Counted from the stretch's first letter, positions 38,516 through 49,441 are shown. The stretch: 64,000 bases of DNA from Promethearchaeota archaeon (GCA_016840165.1 JAEOSU010000076.1:1-64000), one strand, 5' to 3'. Notes: generated by a model from the letters alone, not told the origin. Translations and numbers: made by a program.

Positions 38516-39970
38516 ATGGCTAGACCAAGCCCGTTAGAAATTTATGCGCTTCTTGATAAATCTAATTGTAAAGACTGCGGTTATGATACTTGTATGGCTT
38601 TTGCTACAGATCTTCTCGAAAGAAAAATAAAAGTAACGGATTGTACTCATTTAATGCAAGAGCCGAAACAGGCAAAAAACCGAGAGAAACTCAAAAAAAT
38701 TACTATGCCTCCTCAAAAGCCAGTTGTAATAGGGGTGGGAGATCGTGCATGCACTGTTGGAGGAGAAGAAGTCCTTTATCGCCATCAGCTTACTTATTAT
38801 AATGAAACAGCTATCTTCGTCGAATTAGAGGATGATGATCCCGATTTGGAAAATTTTGCCAAGTATCTGACAGATTTAAAAGTCGAAAGAATTGGAGAAG
38901 TCCTTCTCATCAATGGATTAGCATTAAGAAATGTATCCAGCGATCAAGAACAATTTAAATTAGCAGCTAAAAAGCTTTCTAGTATCTCTAATTTACCAAT
39001 AATGTTATGTTCCTTCAATTCTGAAAATTTAATAGCAGCAGCGGGAGAAATTAAAGATAAAAAACCCTTACTATATGCTATAACAAAAGATAATTGGGAA
39101 CAGATCGGAAAATATGCTGTTGAAAATCGATTACCCGTGGTAGCAACTTCGAGTGATATAGATGAGCTAATATCATTGAGTGCAACTTTACAGAAATTAG
39201 GTATACAAGAGATGATATTAGATGCAGGAACATATTACGGTCCAGGAAATCTCTCAGTTACCCACAATAATATAATGCAATTAAGAATCGCGGGAATAGA
39301 TAGAGATGATCCAAATGCTGGATGGCCGGTTATGGGTGTTCCAGCTGCCTATTGGAGTCAAGTAGACAGTGATGACGGAAAAGAACCCTGGGAACATAAA
39401 TATCAAGAACTAATTATGGCCGCAATAATGGAATCAATTGACACTAATTTAATTGTATTACATACAGGAAAAAAGAAAGAGGATGTGTGGGCAATGTTAG
39501 CATTAATGACATTAAGGCAAAGTATTTTCAGTGATCCTCGAATATATCCCACAGTTGACCCAGGAATATATGAAATTGGGGAACCTAAAGATATGTCTCC
39601 TATATTTGTCACCTCAAATTATAGATTGACTAAAATACCTGTTGAAATAGATATTAAAGGTGCAAATCTAGATGCATTACTCTTAGTAGTCGACTCTGAA
39701 GGAATTGGAATTGAGTCTGCTGTTGCGGGAGGGCAATTCAGTGCTGGTGCTATTGCAGAAGCGGTTAAAGAATTTAAAGTGTTTGATAGGGTTAAACATA
39801 GGATCCTTATAATTCCAGGAATGGCTGCGCGTTTGAGTGGTGCTTTAGAAGATGAAGCGGATGCGTTTGTTATTGTTGGACCCAGAGATAGTTCAGGAAT
39901 CGGTAAATTTATTAAAGAACAATGGAAACCAGAAGAATATATGAAACAATATGAGGAAATGAAAGAGTAA
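38516..39970 (+). CDS. cdhE: Corrinoid Fe-S protein large subunit (ACDS gamma)
   Basis: NCKDCGYDTCMAFA, GGEEVLYRHQ, TLRQSIFSDP, VTSNY and VGPRDSSGI. Confidence 0.92.
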   Translation: MARPSPLEIYALLDKSNCKDCGYDTCMAFATDLLERKIKVTDCTHLMQEPKQAKNREKLKKITMPPQKPVVIGVGDRACTVGGEEVLYRHQLTYYNETAIFVELEDDDPDLENFAKYLTDLKVERIGEVLLINGLALRNVSSDQEQFKLAAKKLSSISNLPIMLCSFNSENLIAAAGEIKDKKPLLYAITKDNWEQIGKYAVENRLPVVATSSDIDELISLSATLQKLGIQEMILDAGTYYGPGNLSVTHNNIMQLRIAGIDRDDPNAGWPVMGVPAAYWSQVDSDDGKEPWEHKYQELIMAAIMESIDTNLIVLHTGKKKEDVWAMLALMTLRQSIFSDPRIYPTVDPGIYEIGEPKDMSPIFVTSNYRLTKIPVEIDIKGANLDALLLVVDSEGIGIESAVAGGQFSAGAIAEAVKEFKVFDRVKHRILIIPGMAARLSGALEDEADAFVIVGPRDSSGIGKFIKEQWKPEEYMKQYEEMKE

Positions 39971-40027
39971 AGAATTAATATTTCTTCTTTTTTTACTTAT
40001 TTTATTATTTTATTTGGACATATCATC

Positions 40028-40684
40028 TCAAATTAGTGAATTGATTATATTCACGTTTAATTCTTTAACACTATTCAGAATAAGAGTCTTAGTAATACTT
40101 CCTTTTTGTAATTCTTCCGCAGAGTGTCCTCCGGTAAGTACCCCGATAAAAGGCGCTCCAAGATTTTCAGCTAAAGCTCTATCTTTCGGATGATCTCCAA
40201 TAATTATAAACTGATGATTTGGATACTTTTTATTTAGGTGTTCTACAAGATTTAAGTCCATCTTCGTTTTCATTATATTTCCCTCTCCGATTACATATTC
40301 GAAAATATGAGAAATACCAAGAATTTCAACTACTTGGCGTGCCATTTCCTCTTTTTTAGAAGTGATAATTCCTAAGAGAAAAGATTTATCTCTCAGTTCT
40401 TCTAATTTATCTCTTACACCTGGTAAAAGCTCTACTTGATAAATACCTTTAGCTCGATAATATTCCCGAAATGCGGATACTAACTCATCAGAGTTCAGAT
40501 TGGTAACTCTTTGGAACATATCTGCCAAGGGTATTCCTATCATTCTAAAAATCTCCGTTCTGTCTAATCGTGATAAATTATACTTATCCAAAGCATAATT
40601 AAATGATTTTATTATTCCTTCTTGGTTATTTATTAAAGTAAAATCAAGATCAAAACTCAAAATTATTTTTCTTAAATTTCTCAT
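40028..40684 (-). CDS. HAD-family hydrolase (phosphoglycolate phosphatase-like)
   Basis: FDLDFTL, ITSK and IGDHPKD. Confidence 0.88.
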   Translation of the reverse strand: MRNLRKIILSFDLDFTLINNQEGIIKSFNYALDKYNLSRLDRTEIFRMIGIPLADMFQRVTNLNSDELVSAFREYYRAKGIYQVELLPGVRDKLEELRDKSFLLGIITSKKEEMARQVVEILGISHIFEYVIGEGNIMKTKMDLNLVEHLNKKYPNHQFIIIGDHPKDRALAENLGAPFIGVLTGGHSAEELQKGSITKTLILNSVKELNVNIINSLI

Positions 40685-40766
40685 CTGATTACTTAGATTA
40701 AAGAGCTTAAATTAATAAGATAATAGTAATTAGAAAATAAAAATTTTAAAAATAATTTAATAGTAG

Positions 40767-41903
40767 TTAAATAATGGTTAAAAGGGGGTCACCTAATAGT
40801 GTCATTCCCATTGACTCGTTGTCGCTTGGACCATGTAAAGGATTCCAATACCATAATCTCATAGATTCACCAAATATCTTTCCTTGACTCAAAGGATTGT
40901 AGAAATAGCTGTTCATGGTCATACCACCGATTTTTGAAGAGCCTATGACTGCTAATGTATTATTAGAAAAGAGGTATTGTGTTCCCATATTGGCTGTATA
41001 TTCGAAATTGCATGCGGAGCAAGCATATAAATTATAAAATAATGCTTTAGTATTAATATTTAAGATATCAGTGTAATTTACTTTCCCTTCCGTACCATAA
41101 CCTCCTGAACCGAAAAGATGTTCATAAGGCCAAGAATGGACAAAAACATGGATAAATTCATAAATATGAGTTAGGCGATTTTTATAATCAGCGGCAGTAG
41201 TAATACTATTAGTACTAATACATGTAATATTAGAATAAGCGGTCATATCTCCAAGCCATTCACTAGTCCAAGCGGACCAATCATCATCAATATAGACTAG
41301 CTGTGAATGAGGACGCGATAATTGACCGGTTCTATATGCATGATTCCGAGAAAAATAATTATAGTAGGCATTTAAATGGTTAGTATTATTAAGAGATTCT
41401 GGACATATACGACCCACCCAAATCTCGGGGAATTTATCACCTGTCCCGTTGTTATGTGAGTCAAAAAGCCCATCGGAAGGGTCTAAATCAACCCATTCTC
41501 CATCTAAATCAGTAAGGTATAAATCGATTGGATAAGTTCTCCATAGTGCCCAAGAAGAATCATAATATCGCATTATTGCAGAGGGCAAATCTCCTATTAA
41601 TACAGCGCCCTCTAAACCTCTTGGTTGTAAACTAGCATTAATTAAATCATCTCTAAGTGAAGTCACATTCGTATCAGACCAATTTACGATATCGACTAAA
41701 TATCCTTGAGAAATTATATCCTGTTCATATTGATTTACTTGGCTATAGATATTACTTGCAATGGTTGAATTAACATAAATTCTCACTACTCCAAAAGAAG
41801 TTTGATTTGTTGGTTTAAGGTAAGGAAGAATAACTGCCAGAATCCCCATAGTTGCAACTAATATTACTGCTATTATAATTGCAGCTTTATATTCTTTTTT
41901 CAA
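40767..41903 (-). CDS. Membrane-anchored/secreted peptidase C25 (gingipain)-like protein
   Basis: N-terminal TM, VLIGDLP, DLYLTDLDG, PEIWVGRI, His (VHSW) and Cys (ACS) pair, LLGDP. Confidence 0.75.
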   Translation of the reverse strand: MKKEYKAAIIIAVILVATMGILAVILPYLKPTNQTSFGVVRIYVNSTIASNIYSQVNQYEQDIISQGYLVDIVNWSDTNVTSLRDDLINASLQPRGLEGAVLIGDLPSAIMRYYDSSWALWRTYPIDLYLTDLDGEWVDLDPSDGLFDSHNNGTGDKFPEIWVGRICPESLNNTNHLNAYYNYFSRNHAYRTGQLSRPHSQLVYIDDDWSAWTSEWLGDMTAYSNITCISTNSITTAADYKNRLTHIYEFIHVFVHSWPYEHLFGSGGYGTEGKVNYTDILNINTKALFYNLYACSACNFEYTANMGTQYLFSNNTLAVIGSSKIGGMTMNSYFYNPLSQGKIFGESMRLWYWNPLHGPSDNESMGMTLLGDPLLTII

Positions 41904-42013
41904 TCTTAACCCTCAATGAGATAATTTGATTAGTAATTGAATTTAGTAATAATATAAGAATAGAGGTATATATTTGTATCCTTTTAGAGAGGATTCTTTA
42001 TTAATATGATATT

Positions 42014-43630
42014 TTATACTTTAACCTTGTAACCCTTGAACAAATGTAAGAGATATGAGATTTCCTCGGAGCCATTTACAATTCTTTGAATATGGTAAGG
42101 TAAAGAGTTAAAGTCCACAGATTTTCCTTCTATAACACGTTCTATAATCATTTCTACTAATTCAACATATCGTTTAGCTGTATTTCCTTTTATTTCTATT
42201 TCCGAAAGGATTTTTTGTGCTTTTTTAATACGACCATTAAGCACAGAAGATATTGCTGCTAAAATATAGGACTGAACAATATGAGAATAACCGATCTTTT
42301 TAATATTCGCAGCACGATAATAATATTTATACACGTTTTTTACCATTTCATTTACTAAGAAATCTTTCGCCGTATCTAATTGCTGGTAAAACTTAATACT
42401 TTCTAATATTAAGGTAGCTGCGGTAAAAAACTGTTTACTCTTCAATCCTTCTTTAGCGATAATATTAAGCCCCCTAATAATTTGATTAAAAATTCCGAAG
42501 CGATTGTATTCGAGGTTTGCTTCAACTGCGATATCATAAGCATTTAGATAACTTTCCGTTGAGTCATTAACATTTCCTATTTTCCAATAGCAATCTCCTG
42601 CTTTAACGAAATGCTTATAAGAGAGTTCATTATTATTCAGTTCTCTAAAGGTGACTGCAGCATTATAAAAGTTGGCTCCTGCCTCATTATAATCTTCAAT
42701 TTTTTCAGTGTAGTTACCAGCTAAAATAAAACACGAAGCAGACTCAATTATATTTTTGTTTATTTCTTGATAGCATAAAGCGGCGCCGCGATAATATCCA
42801 GCAATTTTTTGATAATTATCTTCGTTCTTTATTATCCTTTCCGCTAAATTTATGTAGGATCCCGCTTCCTTTTTCGAAAAGTTGATGAATTGATCCTCAT
42901 CATCTATTAATTTATATAAATTTTTTAATACATGAAAAATTTGAGACAATGCGAGGTGATCATTTTTCTTGTCATATTTTTCATAGATTTCATTAAAAAT
43001 TTCTATTCCATCCGAGATTAGATCGTTTGCTTTTTTTATCTCCCCTAAATCTTGATAAGATTTGGCGATTTGTTGGTATGAGTATGAGAGTAAGTCGAAG
43101 AAAAGATATTCTTTAGCAATGTCAATAACCAAACTAAAATATCGTATAGCTTTTTTATAATACGAAATTCGCAGATACAATTCCGCAATATTTTGATAGT
43201 TTTGAAGTAATTTTCGAATCTCATTAAATTCTTTTAGAAGTTTGCTTTCTTGTCGCATATAGCTTATTGCATTTAAAATGTACTTCTTTTCTAATTTCTT
43301 ATTCTTGAATTTTTCAGAATATAGATCAGCTAACCTTTTATAAATTTCTGCAATCTCATGAAATTTAGCTTGTAATTTATAGGAATTTATTTGCTTTTCC
43401 CAGAAATCAATAGAAAGTTTGTATAGCTTATATGCTTGAGAAGAATTTAATTCTTCAATGATTTCCGCCACAGAACATAAAAATTCTCCCGCTTCTTCGA
43501 ATTCTTTTGATTCAGCTAAATCTTTAGCAAAGATTCTTGCATCTTCTACGATGGTTAAAATTAAACCAAATTTTTCTCTTAAATTTTTGATATTCTCTAC
43601 TTTTGAGATCTTGATACTTAGGTGCTCCAA
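42014..43630 (-). CDS. TPR / alpha-SNAP-like helical repeat protein
   Basis: Repeats such as EAGEFLCSVAE, ESASCFILAGNY, EAGANFYNAA and KHFVKAGDCY. The frame is open to an ATA at 43669. Confidence 0.7.
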   Translation of the reverse strand: MEHLSIKISKVENIKNLREKFGLILTIVEDARIFAKDLAESKEFEEAGEFLCSVAEIIEELNSSQAYKLYKLSIDFWEKQINSYKLQAKFHEIAEIYKRLADLYSEKFKNKKLEKKYILNAISYMRQESKLLKEFNEIRKLLQNYQNIAELYLRISYYKKAIRYFSLVIDIAKEYLFFDLLSYSYQQIAKSYQDLGEIKKANDLISDGIEIFNEIYEKYDKKNDHLALSQIFHVLKNLYKLIDDEDQFINFSKKEAGSYINLAERIIKNEDNYQKIAGYYRGAALCYQEINKNIIESASCFILAGNYTEKIEDYNEAGANFYNAAVTFRELNNNELSYKHFVKAGDCYWKIGNVNDSTESYLNAYDIAVEANLEYNRFGIFNQIIRGLNIIAKEGLKSKQFFTAATLILESIKFYQQLDTAKDFLVNEMVKNVYKYYYRAANIKKIGYSHIVQSYILAAISSVLNGRIKKAQKILSEIEIKGNTAKRYVELVEMIIERVIEGKSVDFNSLPYHIQRIVNGSEEISYLLHLFKGYKVKV

Positions 43631-43947
43631 ATATTCTCTAGTATCACTGTAGATATCTTCTTGAAGTATCTAAAATCAACTCTTCTTGAAAAAGTTAAGA
43701 TTTATGCAGTAAAATTAATTAATACATAAAAATTATGGTTTTTTGAACATAAAGTTCAAAAGTTATTATTTTTCTTATCCCTAATTCAATCTACTTAAAA
43801 AATAAATAACATAGGAATGAATTTACATGTTTATAAACTGACTAAATAATCAAAGCGACACTTTTAGAATTATAGAAATAGTTTTAAATATTAAAAGAGT
43901 TTTAATTATATTAATTCTAATTAATTAAATTGTAGAAAAATTTATAG

Positions 43948-44166
43948 GTGGTTTTAATTAAACAAATTGCTGAATTATTAGAAACGGGTTTGTACGAGAC
44001 ATTTAAGACCGAAAAGCAAATAATGGTAAAAGATTTACTTAAAGAATTGAACTTAGAAGGAAAATATTTTGGAATCCTTGTTGATGGCAAGAAAGCAGAT
44101 GAGAACACTTTAATCAATGAAGATTCGGACGTTTTAATATTACCTCATATCGCCGGAGGGCTATAG
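43948..44166 (+). CDS. MoaD/ThiS/SAMP ubiquitin-like protein
   Basis: ILVDG...DVLILPHIAGG beta-grasp C-terminus with one extra Leu. Confidence 0.88.
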   Translation: MVLIKQIAELLETGLYETFKTEKQIMVKDLLKELNLEGKYFGILVDGKKADENTLINEDSDVLILPHIAGGL

Positions 44167-44218
44167 TTATATTTTTTTTAATTCCTATTTTATAAAGTAA
44201 TTTTATCACTAAACTTGG

Positions 44219-45199
44219 TTATTTAAGCTCAATACGAAGAAGATCCTTTGCCAATAAGCTATTTGGAAATATTTCTTTGGCTTCGTTTAACAATTCTACC
44301 GCATCTTCTTGATATCTAGAAGAGATATGTGTTAAGATCAATTGCTTTGCATTCATTTTTACTGCACTATTCGCAGCATCTACAGAGGTAGAATGTTTTT
44401 TTTCAATAGCAACATCAGCCAAACTTTTTGAAAATGTTGCTTCATGTACCAAAATATCAGAGTTCTTGCCTAACTCTATTAAATTTTCACTTGGAGCAGT
44501 ATCTCCGGAATAAGTGATTTTTCTTCCCAATCTTTTTGGTCCCACAATTCCTTCCTTCAAAGGATCGATTTTTTTTCCTTGGAATTCAATTATTTGACCT
44601 TCATGTAATTTCTTCCAGATTCTACTTTCTGGTATTCCAATTTCTCTTGCCCGATCAGGGTTAAACTTTCCATTTCGTGGTTTTTCTATAAAACTATAAC
44701 CATAGGTTAGTACTGAATGATTTACTAATGTATATTTAAGTTGATATTTATCATCTTCAAAAATGATGTTATTTCTTAATCGAATTTCACTTTGAGCTTG
44801 ATCGGAATCTAAGCCGTCAAACATTATTAATTTATTATTGGTATGATGGATTTCAAAAATTCTAAGTGGATAAGTTGCTTTAAGTCCTAATATTTTTTTG
44901 TGGAGAAATAGATATAGAAAAAGATTTGGAGGTCCAAAAATAGATAAGGGAGCATTTCTGTCGATTAGTCCGAAACGAAATAAGAGCCCCGGAAGACCAA
45001 TGATATGATCTCCGTGAAAATGAGATATTAGAATTTTTAAAGGTTTATTGAATTTTAAACCAGCGTTAATAATTCCTCTTTGAATATCCTCTCCACAATC
45101 GAAAATAATAAGTTCATTCTTATATTTTAATGCGATAGCGGGTAAATTTCGTTCTTGTACGGGTATCGCGGCAGATGACCCTAAAATAATTAGTTCCAT
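44219..45199 (-). CDS. rnz: Ribonuclease Z
   Basis: FDCGE, SHFHGDH, exosite arm, YSGDT, HEATF, HST and HISSRY. Confidence 0.96.
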   Translation of the reverse strand: MELIILGSSAAIPVQERNLPAIALKYKNELIIFDCGEDIQRGIINAGLKFNKPLKILISHFHGDHIIGLPGLLFRFGLIDRNAPLSIFGPPNLFLYLFLHKKILGLKATYPLRIFEIHHTNNKLIMFDGLDSDQAQSEIRLRNNIIFEDDKYQLKYTLVNHSVLTYGYSFIEKPRNGKFNPDRAREIGIPESRIWKKLHEGQIIEFQGKKIDPLKEGIVGPKRLGRKITYSGDTAPSENLIELGKNSDILVHEATFSKSLADVAIEKKHSTSVDAANSAVKMNAKQLILTHISSRYQEDAVELLNEAKEIFPNSLLAKDLLRIELK

Positions 45200-45213
45200 T
45201 AAAAATCATTATA

Positions 45214-46506
45214 TTAAGTACTTTTTCTTAGCTGGGATATTTCTAATCTTTGTTGGATATTCTGTTTTTTCAGATCTTCAATTATACTTTTAAGTTCTTC
45301 AATTCTTAAGAAAGTATCTGGATTTTCTTCTGATATGCTCCCGTTTGGGGTTAGATTCTTTGCTTTTAGCACACTTAATTCATTTTTTAAATCGAAAATG
45401 AATTGATCCTTTTGTTTTAATTGATTTTCTAGGATCTCATAGCTCTTCTTAATTCGAATAGCCTCATTTTTTATAGTTGCAACCTCCTCATCCTTAATGC
45501 TTAAATTTCTTTGTGCCTCATCTAATTTCTGTTGTAGGAAACCAGCCATTTCTCTCTGGATTTTTAATTTTTCATTAATATTTCTGGGAGCAGTGGTATT
45601 GTCAGATAAATTTTGTGTATGGGGTCCATTAGATTGAGTTTCTAAAAGTTGGATTCGTGTTTTTGCCTTGTTAAGTTTATTTTGTAATTCTTCTACAACT
45701 TGATCTAATGGTTGGGATTGTTTTGATTGCTTCAATGTTGCTATTAGTTCATTTAACTCTTTAATCTGTTTATTTTTCGAATCTAACTCTTGGGTTAAAG
45801 AAGCGATTGCTACCCCATCTTTTCCACTAGAACTAGCTTTTTCATATTTTTTTATTTTCTTTTTTAAATCTTCATTTTGTCGTTTAACTTTAGTCAAGGT
45901 TTCTTGAAGATCCTCTAATAAGACTTTTGTAACATTCTCTGAGGATTTACTTTCATTAATAGAAGGAACCTCTTCTATTCGTTTATTTAGAATTGAGATT
46001 TCTTCTTTGAGACTTTCAATTTCTTTATTTTTCTCCTCAACCACATCAGAATAATCATCAAGCTCTCCTTTTCCCGTTCTTTTTAATCTTTTAATCAAGG
46101 ATTCCTGCTTGTTAATTTTATCTTGTAGTTCCTTAACTAAAATATTAAGTGGTTGCTTATCTCTTAAATCTTCAACCCTTATAACGGAAGAGGACCCATT
46201 TTCTGCACTTTTTATCGTTTCTAATTCTTTTTGGGCATCAATCTTTTCTTTTCTCAAAAAACCCATACGATCTTTTAAATCTCGTATTTCTTTCTCTTTT
46301 ACATCCAACTCAATTTCTAATCTAGTTTGTTTTACTTTTTTCGAATGTTTTTTTGATTTTTTATTTGGAATCAATTCCTCTAATTTCATAATCTCATCTT
46401 CTAAATATTCGATTTTATCGAGATATTCAGAGATTTCACTGTCTTTTTTATTTATTTCCAGTTGTAACCTTTCAAGTTGCTTTTTCAGATTATTCTCTTC
46501 CGTCAT
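45214..46506 (-). CDS. Long coiled-coil protein
   Basis: K/E/L/Q-rich heptads throughout; no ATPase motifs. Confidence 0.8.
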   Translation of the reverse strand: MTEENNLKKQLERLQLEINKKDSEISEYLDKIEYLEDEIMKLEELIPNKKSKKHSKKVKQTRLEIELDVKEKEIRDLKDRMGFLRKEKIDAQKELETIKSAENGSSSVIRVEDLRDKQPLNILVKELQDKINKQESLIKRLKRTGKGELDDYSDVVEEKNKEIESLKEEISILNKRIEEVPSINESKSSENVTKVLLEDLQETLTKVKRQNEDLKKKIKKYEKASSSGKDGVAIASLTQELDSKNKQIKELNELIATLKQSKQSQPLDQVVEELQNKLNKAKTRIQLLETQSNGPHTQNLSDNTTAPRNINEKLKIQREMAGFLQQKLDEAQRNLSIKDEEVATIKNEAIRIKKSYEILENQLKQKDQFIFDLKNELSVLKAKNLTPNGSISEENPDTFLRIEELKSIIEDLKKQNIQQRLEISQLRKST

Positions 46507-46593
46507 GTTTGATTTATAGGAAAAATTTTGAAATTATCTTTATATAAGTTACATCTTTAACTATATTTTTAATCTTTTTCATAAAAATATGTT

Positions 46594-48510
46594 CTAATAC
46601 ATTTCGAAATCCTTGATTGTAAATTTCCTTAGTTTTTTCATAATTGGATAAAGACTTAATGTATTAAATAACCCATAAGCAAGAAATAATATCATTATAA
46701 ACAGAAAAGGTACTAAAATATTGGGTAGATAAACTCTTTCAAATATAAAAATAGAATTTAATATCATTCCTACTCCCAAACTTAACCCAAGAGAGGGAAT
46801 TATGACATACATTGCTTCTAAAAATAATACTTTTCTTATGATTTTACTCTTAGCGCCTATCGCCCTCATAACTAAGAAGTCTTTTACTTTCTCCATGATA
46901 CTTCCTTTTTGATAATTATAAAGAGAGAGAATCGCAACTAAGCTCATTATCACTATTAAAATCGTAGGAAAGAAACCTAAATTTGAGACAAAATTAAGAT
47001 TCTTTTCAAATATCGGAGCCAGTTGAAGATAACTAAATTCTTGCCCTAAAGAATTATTAATTACGGTTTCTAATTCATATTGAATATTATTGATTGCCTC
47101 TGGTTTTATTTGAATAAATGCTAAATTGACTTGATTTGAAGTTAAGTTCATGCTTTCCCGAAATTTGTTAATATCAATATAACTTGCATAACCACTATAC
47201 AAACTATCGATAATTACACCAGAAATATCAAAAGCATAATCTAATTCATCAAAAAAGATAGCTTGGTCAAAAGAAAAATCAAAAAAGTTATATGCCAAAC
47301 CATCTCCAATCACTGCATAATAACTTGATGTTCCTTTTTTTGTTGTGAATTCTCCTTCAATTTCAAAATTTTGGAGTACATTTGTATCATTAACTCCAAT
47401 AACGGGGAAAACACCTTTTCTATTCTGACCTATAGAGATATATCCACCCTCTGGAGTAATATGAATTCCAGATAATTCTTGAGCTTCTATGAAGTTAATT
47501 AGACGAAATTCTTTGGACTGTATTTCTGATATCGAGTTTAATCCATCAAGAGAAGTGAAATTAAATAAATAATCTTGTTGCAAAAAGTCTATATTATTAT
47601 TCACCACAAGATCTGGATTATGAAACATTTCATACATTAAAGAATAGTTATAAACAACATCTTGATGTCCTATGACTATAAGGTTTTCTGTTTGTGATTT
47701 TTTTACCCAATTATATGAGGAGTTACTTAATACAATGGTTCCCAGCCCTAATGTAAAGAGTATCAATGAGATAATAGAAAATACTATAATATACCTCTTA
47801 AACTCTCCCTTCTTTCTGATAGTGTTGATAACTGAAATTTTAAAATTCAACCCAATTGATGATAACCATTTAGGAATTAATTTTAGACTTTTAGATGCGC
47901 TATAATTATATGGAATATCCTTAGAAAAATTTCTAACAATTTTTTGATTCCCTATTTTTCTTAATAAATATCCAGGTATAATGAAAATACCCGCTATACA
48001 GGATGCGAATAAAATAGGAGTATAGATAAGATCCAACTGAAATGTGAGCGCAAAATCATTTAATATCAATATATATGCGAAAATGGAAAAGAATAATATA
48101 CCTATAATAATTCCTATGAAAAACGCTATAATAAAGATGACATATATCTCAGTTAAATAAAAACCATACAATTTATGAGGTAATGAGCCTAGTGCTCTCA
48201 TTATAGCAATATCGCGTTTCTTAGAAATAACCAAAGTACAACTTATTATAATAACGACAGTAAACGCTAAAATCATCATTAAGACTATAATTAAATTATT
48301 AAAGTCGGTATAAATTATGTTAATTCCACCTGAAAAGAAGTAGGTATTTGTGAAACTATATTGAATAAAGTTATTCAATCCTATAGAGGATCCAAAGTAA
48401 ATTGAAAACTCTGTGGCCGAAATAATTAATATTAAAATAAATAGATAAGGATAAGACATATCTTTTTTCCGAGAAATATCTTTAATCGCAAAATCGAGTG
48501 AAATTGGCAA
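46594..48510 (-). CDS. ABC transporter permease (FtsX/MacB-like, duplicated)
   Basis: KKRDIAIMRALG and KDFLVMRAIGA motifs with multiple TMs. Confidence 0.88.
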   Translation of the reverse strand: MPISLDFAIKDISRKKDMSYPYLFILILIISATEFSIYFGSSIGLNNFIQYSFTNTYFFSGGINIIYTDFNNLIIVLMMILAFTVVIIISCTLVISKKRDIAIMRALGSLPHKLYGFYLTEIYVIFIIAFFIGIIIGILFFSIFAYILILNDFALTFQLDLIYTPILFASCIAGIFIIPGYLLRKIGNQKIVRNFSKDIPYNYSASKSLKLIPKWLSSIGLNFKISVINTIRKKGEFKRYIIVFSIISLILFTLGLGTIVLSNSSYNWVKKSQTENLIVIGHQDVVYNYSLMYEMFHNPDLVVNNNIDFLQQDYLFNFTSLDGLNSISEIQSKEFRLINFIEAQELSGIHITPEGGYISIGQNRKGVFPVIGVNDTNVLQNFEIEGEFTTKKGTSSYYAVIGDGLAYNFFDFSFDQAIFFDELDYAFDISGVIIDSLYSGYASYIDINKFRESMNLTSNQVNLAFIQIKPEAINNIQYELETVINNSLGQEFSYLQLAPIFEKNLNFVSNLGFFPTILIVIMSLVAILSLYNYQKGSIMEKVKDFLVMRAIGAKSKIIRKVLFLEAMYVIIPSLGLSLGVGMILNSIFIFERVYLPNILVPFLFIMILFLAYGLFNTLSLYPIMKKLRKFTIKDFEMY

Positions 48511-48541
48511 TCACCATTAGGTTTTTTAGAGATTTTTTCTA

Positions 48542-49300
48542 TTACGGAACATAATTTTCATTAATAATTTTTCCATCTTCAAAACTTATGATTCTATTGG
48601 CAAGTTCAATTAAAAATTCGTCATGAGTAGCAATAATAATAGTTTTATCTTGTTCTTTCATATTTTTGAATAAATCTCGTATGAAAATGCTGGTCTCCTT
48701 ATCTAAATTAGCCGTTGGTTCATCTGCTAAAATTAAGGGAGGATCATTTGCTAACGCTCGAGCAATTGCAACTCTTTGTTGTTCCCCGGCAGAAAGTTGA
48801 AAAGGAAGATGTTCTCGACGGGATCCGAGTCCAATTTCTTTTAAAAGAGAAACTGCTTTTTCCCTTTGAGTTTTAAGACCTAAACCAGTTAAACTCATAG
48901 GGAACATGATGTTCTCTTCAGCGGTTAAGGTGCTAATAAGGTTGTAATTTTGAAAGATAAAACCTGAATTGATCAATCTAAAGGTTGATAGACTCTCTTC
49001 GTCCATATCTGTAATTTTCACTCCACTTGAGATAATAGTACCAGAATTTGGACTATCTAATGCACCTAAAAGGTTTAATAATGTGGTCTTGCCCGCGCCT
49101 GATGGTCCTTTTATTACAACAAAATCGTTGAGCATAAATTCTAAGGAGACATTATCTACTGCTCGGACAACATACTCTCCTATTTCATAATCTTTCGTAA
49201 CATTTTGTGCTACAATTATCATATTTTTATCATATATGATTTCGGATGTTTCTTTTAGGGCTAGATCATCTATCTCTCTTTTTGACATTTTACAATTCAC
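48542..49300 (-). CDS. ABC transporter ATP-binding protein (LolD/MacB-like)
   Basis: GPSGAGKT, LSAGEQQRVAIARAL and ADEPT. Confidence 0.93.
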   Translation of the reverse strand: MNCKMSKREIDDLALKETSEIIYDKNMIIVAQNVTKDYEIGEYVVRAVDNVSLEFMLNDFVVIKGPSGAGKTTLLNLLGALDSPNSGTIISSGVKITDMDEESLSTFRLINSGFIFQNYNLISTLTAEENIMFPMSLTGLGLKTQREKAVSLLKEIGLGSRREHLPFQLSAGEQQRVAIARALANDPPLILADEPTANLDKETSIFIRDLFKNMKEQDKTIIIATHDEFLIELANRIISFEDGKIINENYVP

Positions 49301-49441
49301 ATATTATTCATAGCATGATTCTTTTCTAAATAATAATAATTCCTTTAAATTGTTAATTATACATTTTCAAATAAACCAGAATATCATTAATAAAAAATTT
49401 GGGAAAAAAAGTTTATATACAACCTTGTCATATATGTGATC

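Noticed and set aside
45214-46506. SMC or cytoskeletal assignment for the coiled-coil protein
   Set aside because: No Walker motifs, hinge or other diagnostic domain; coiled-coil similarity alone is uninformative.
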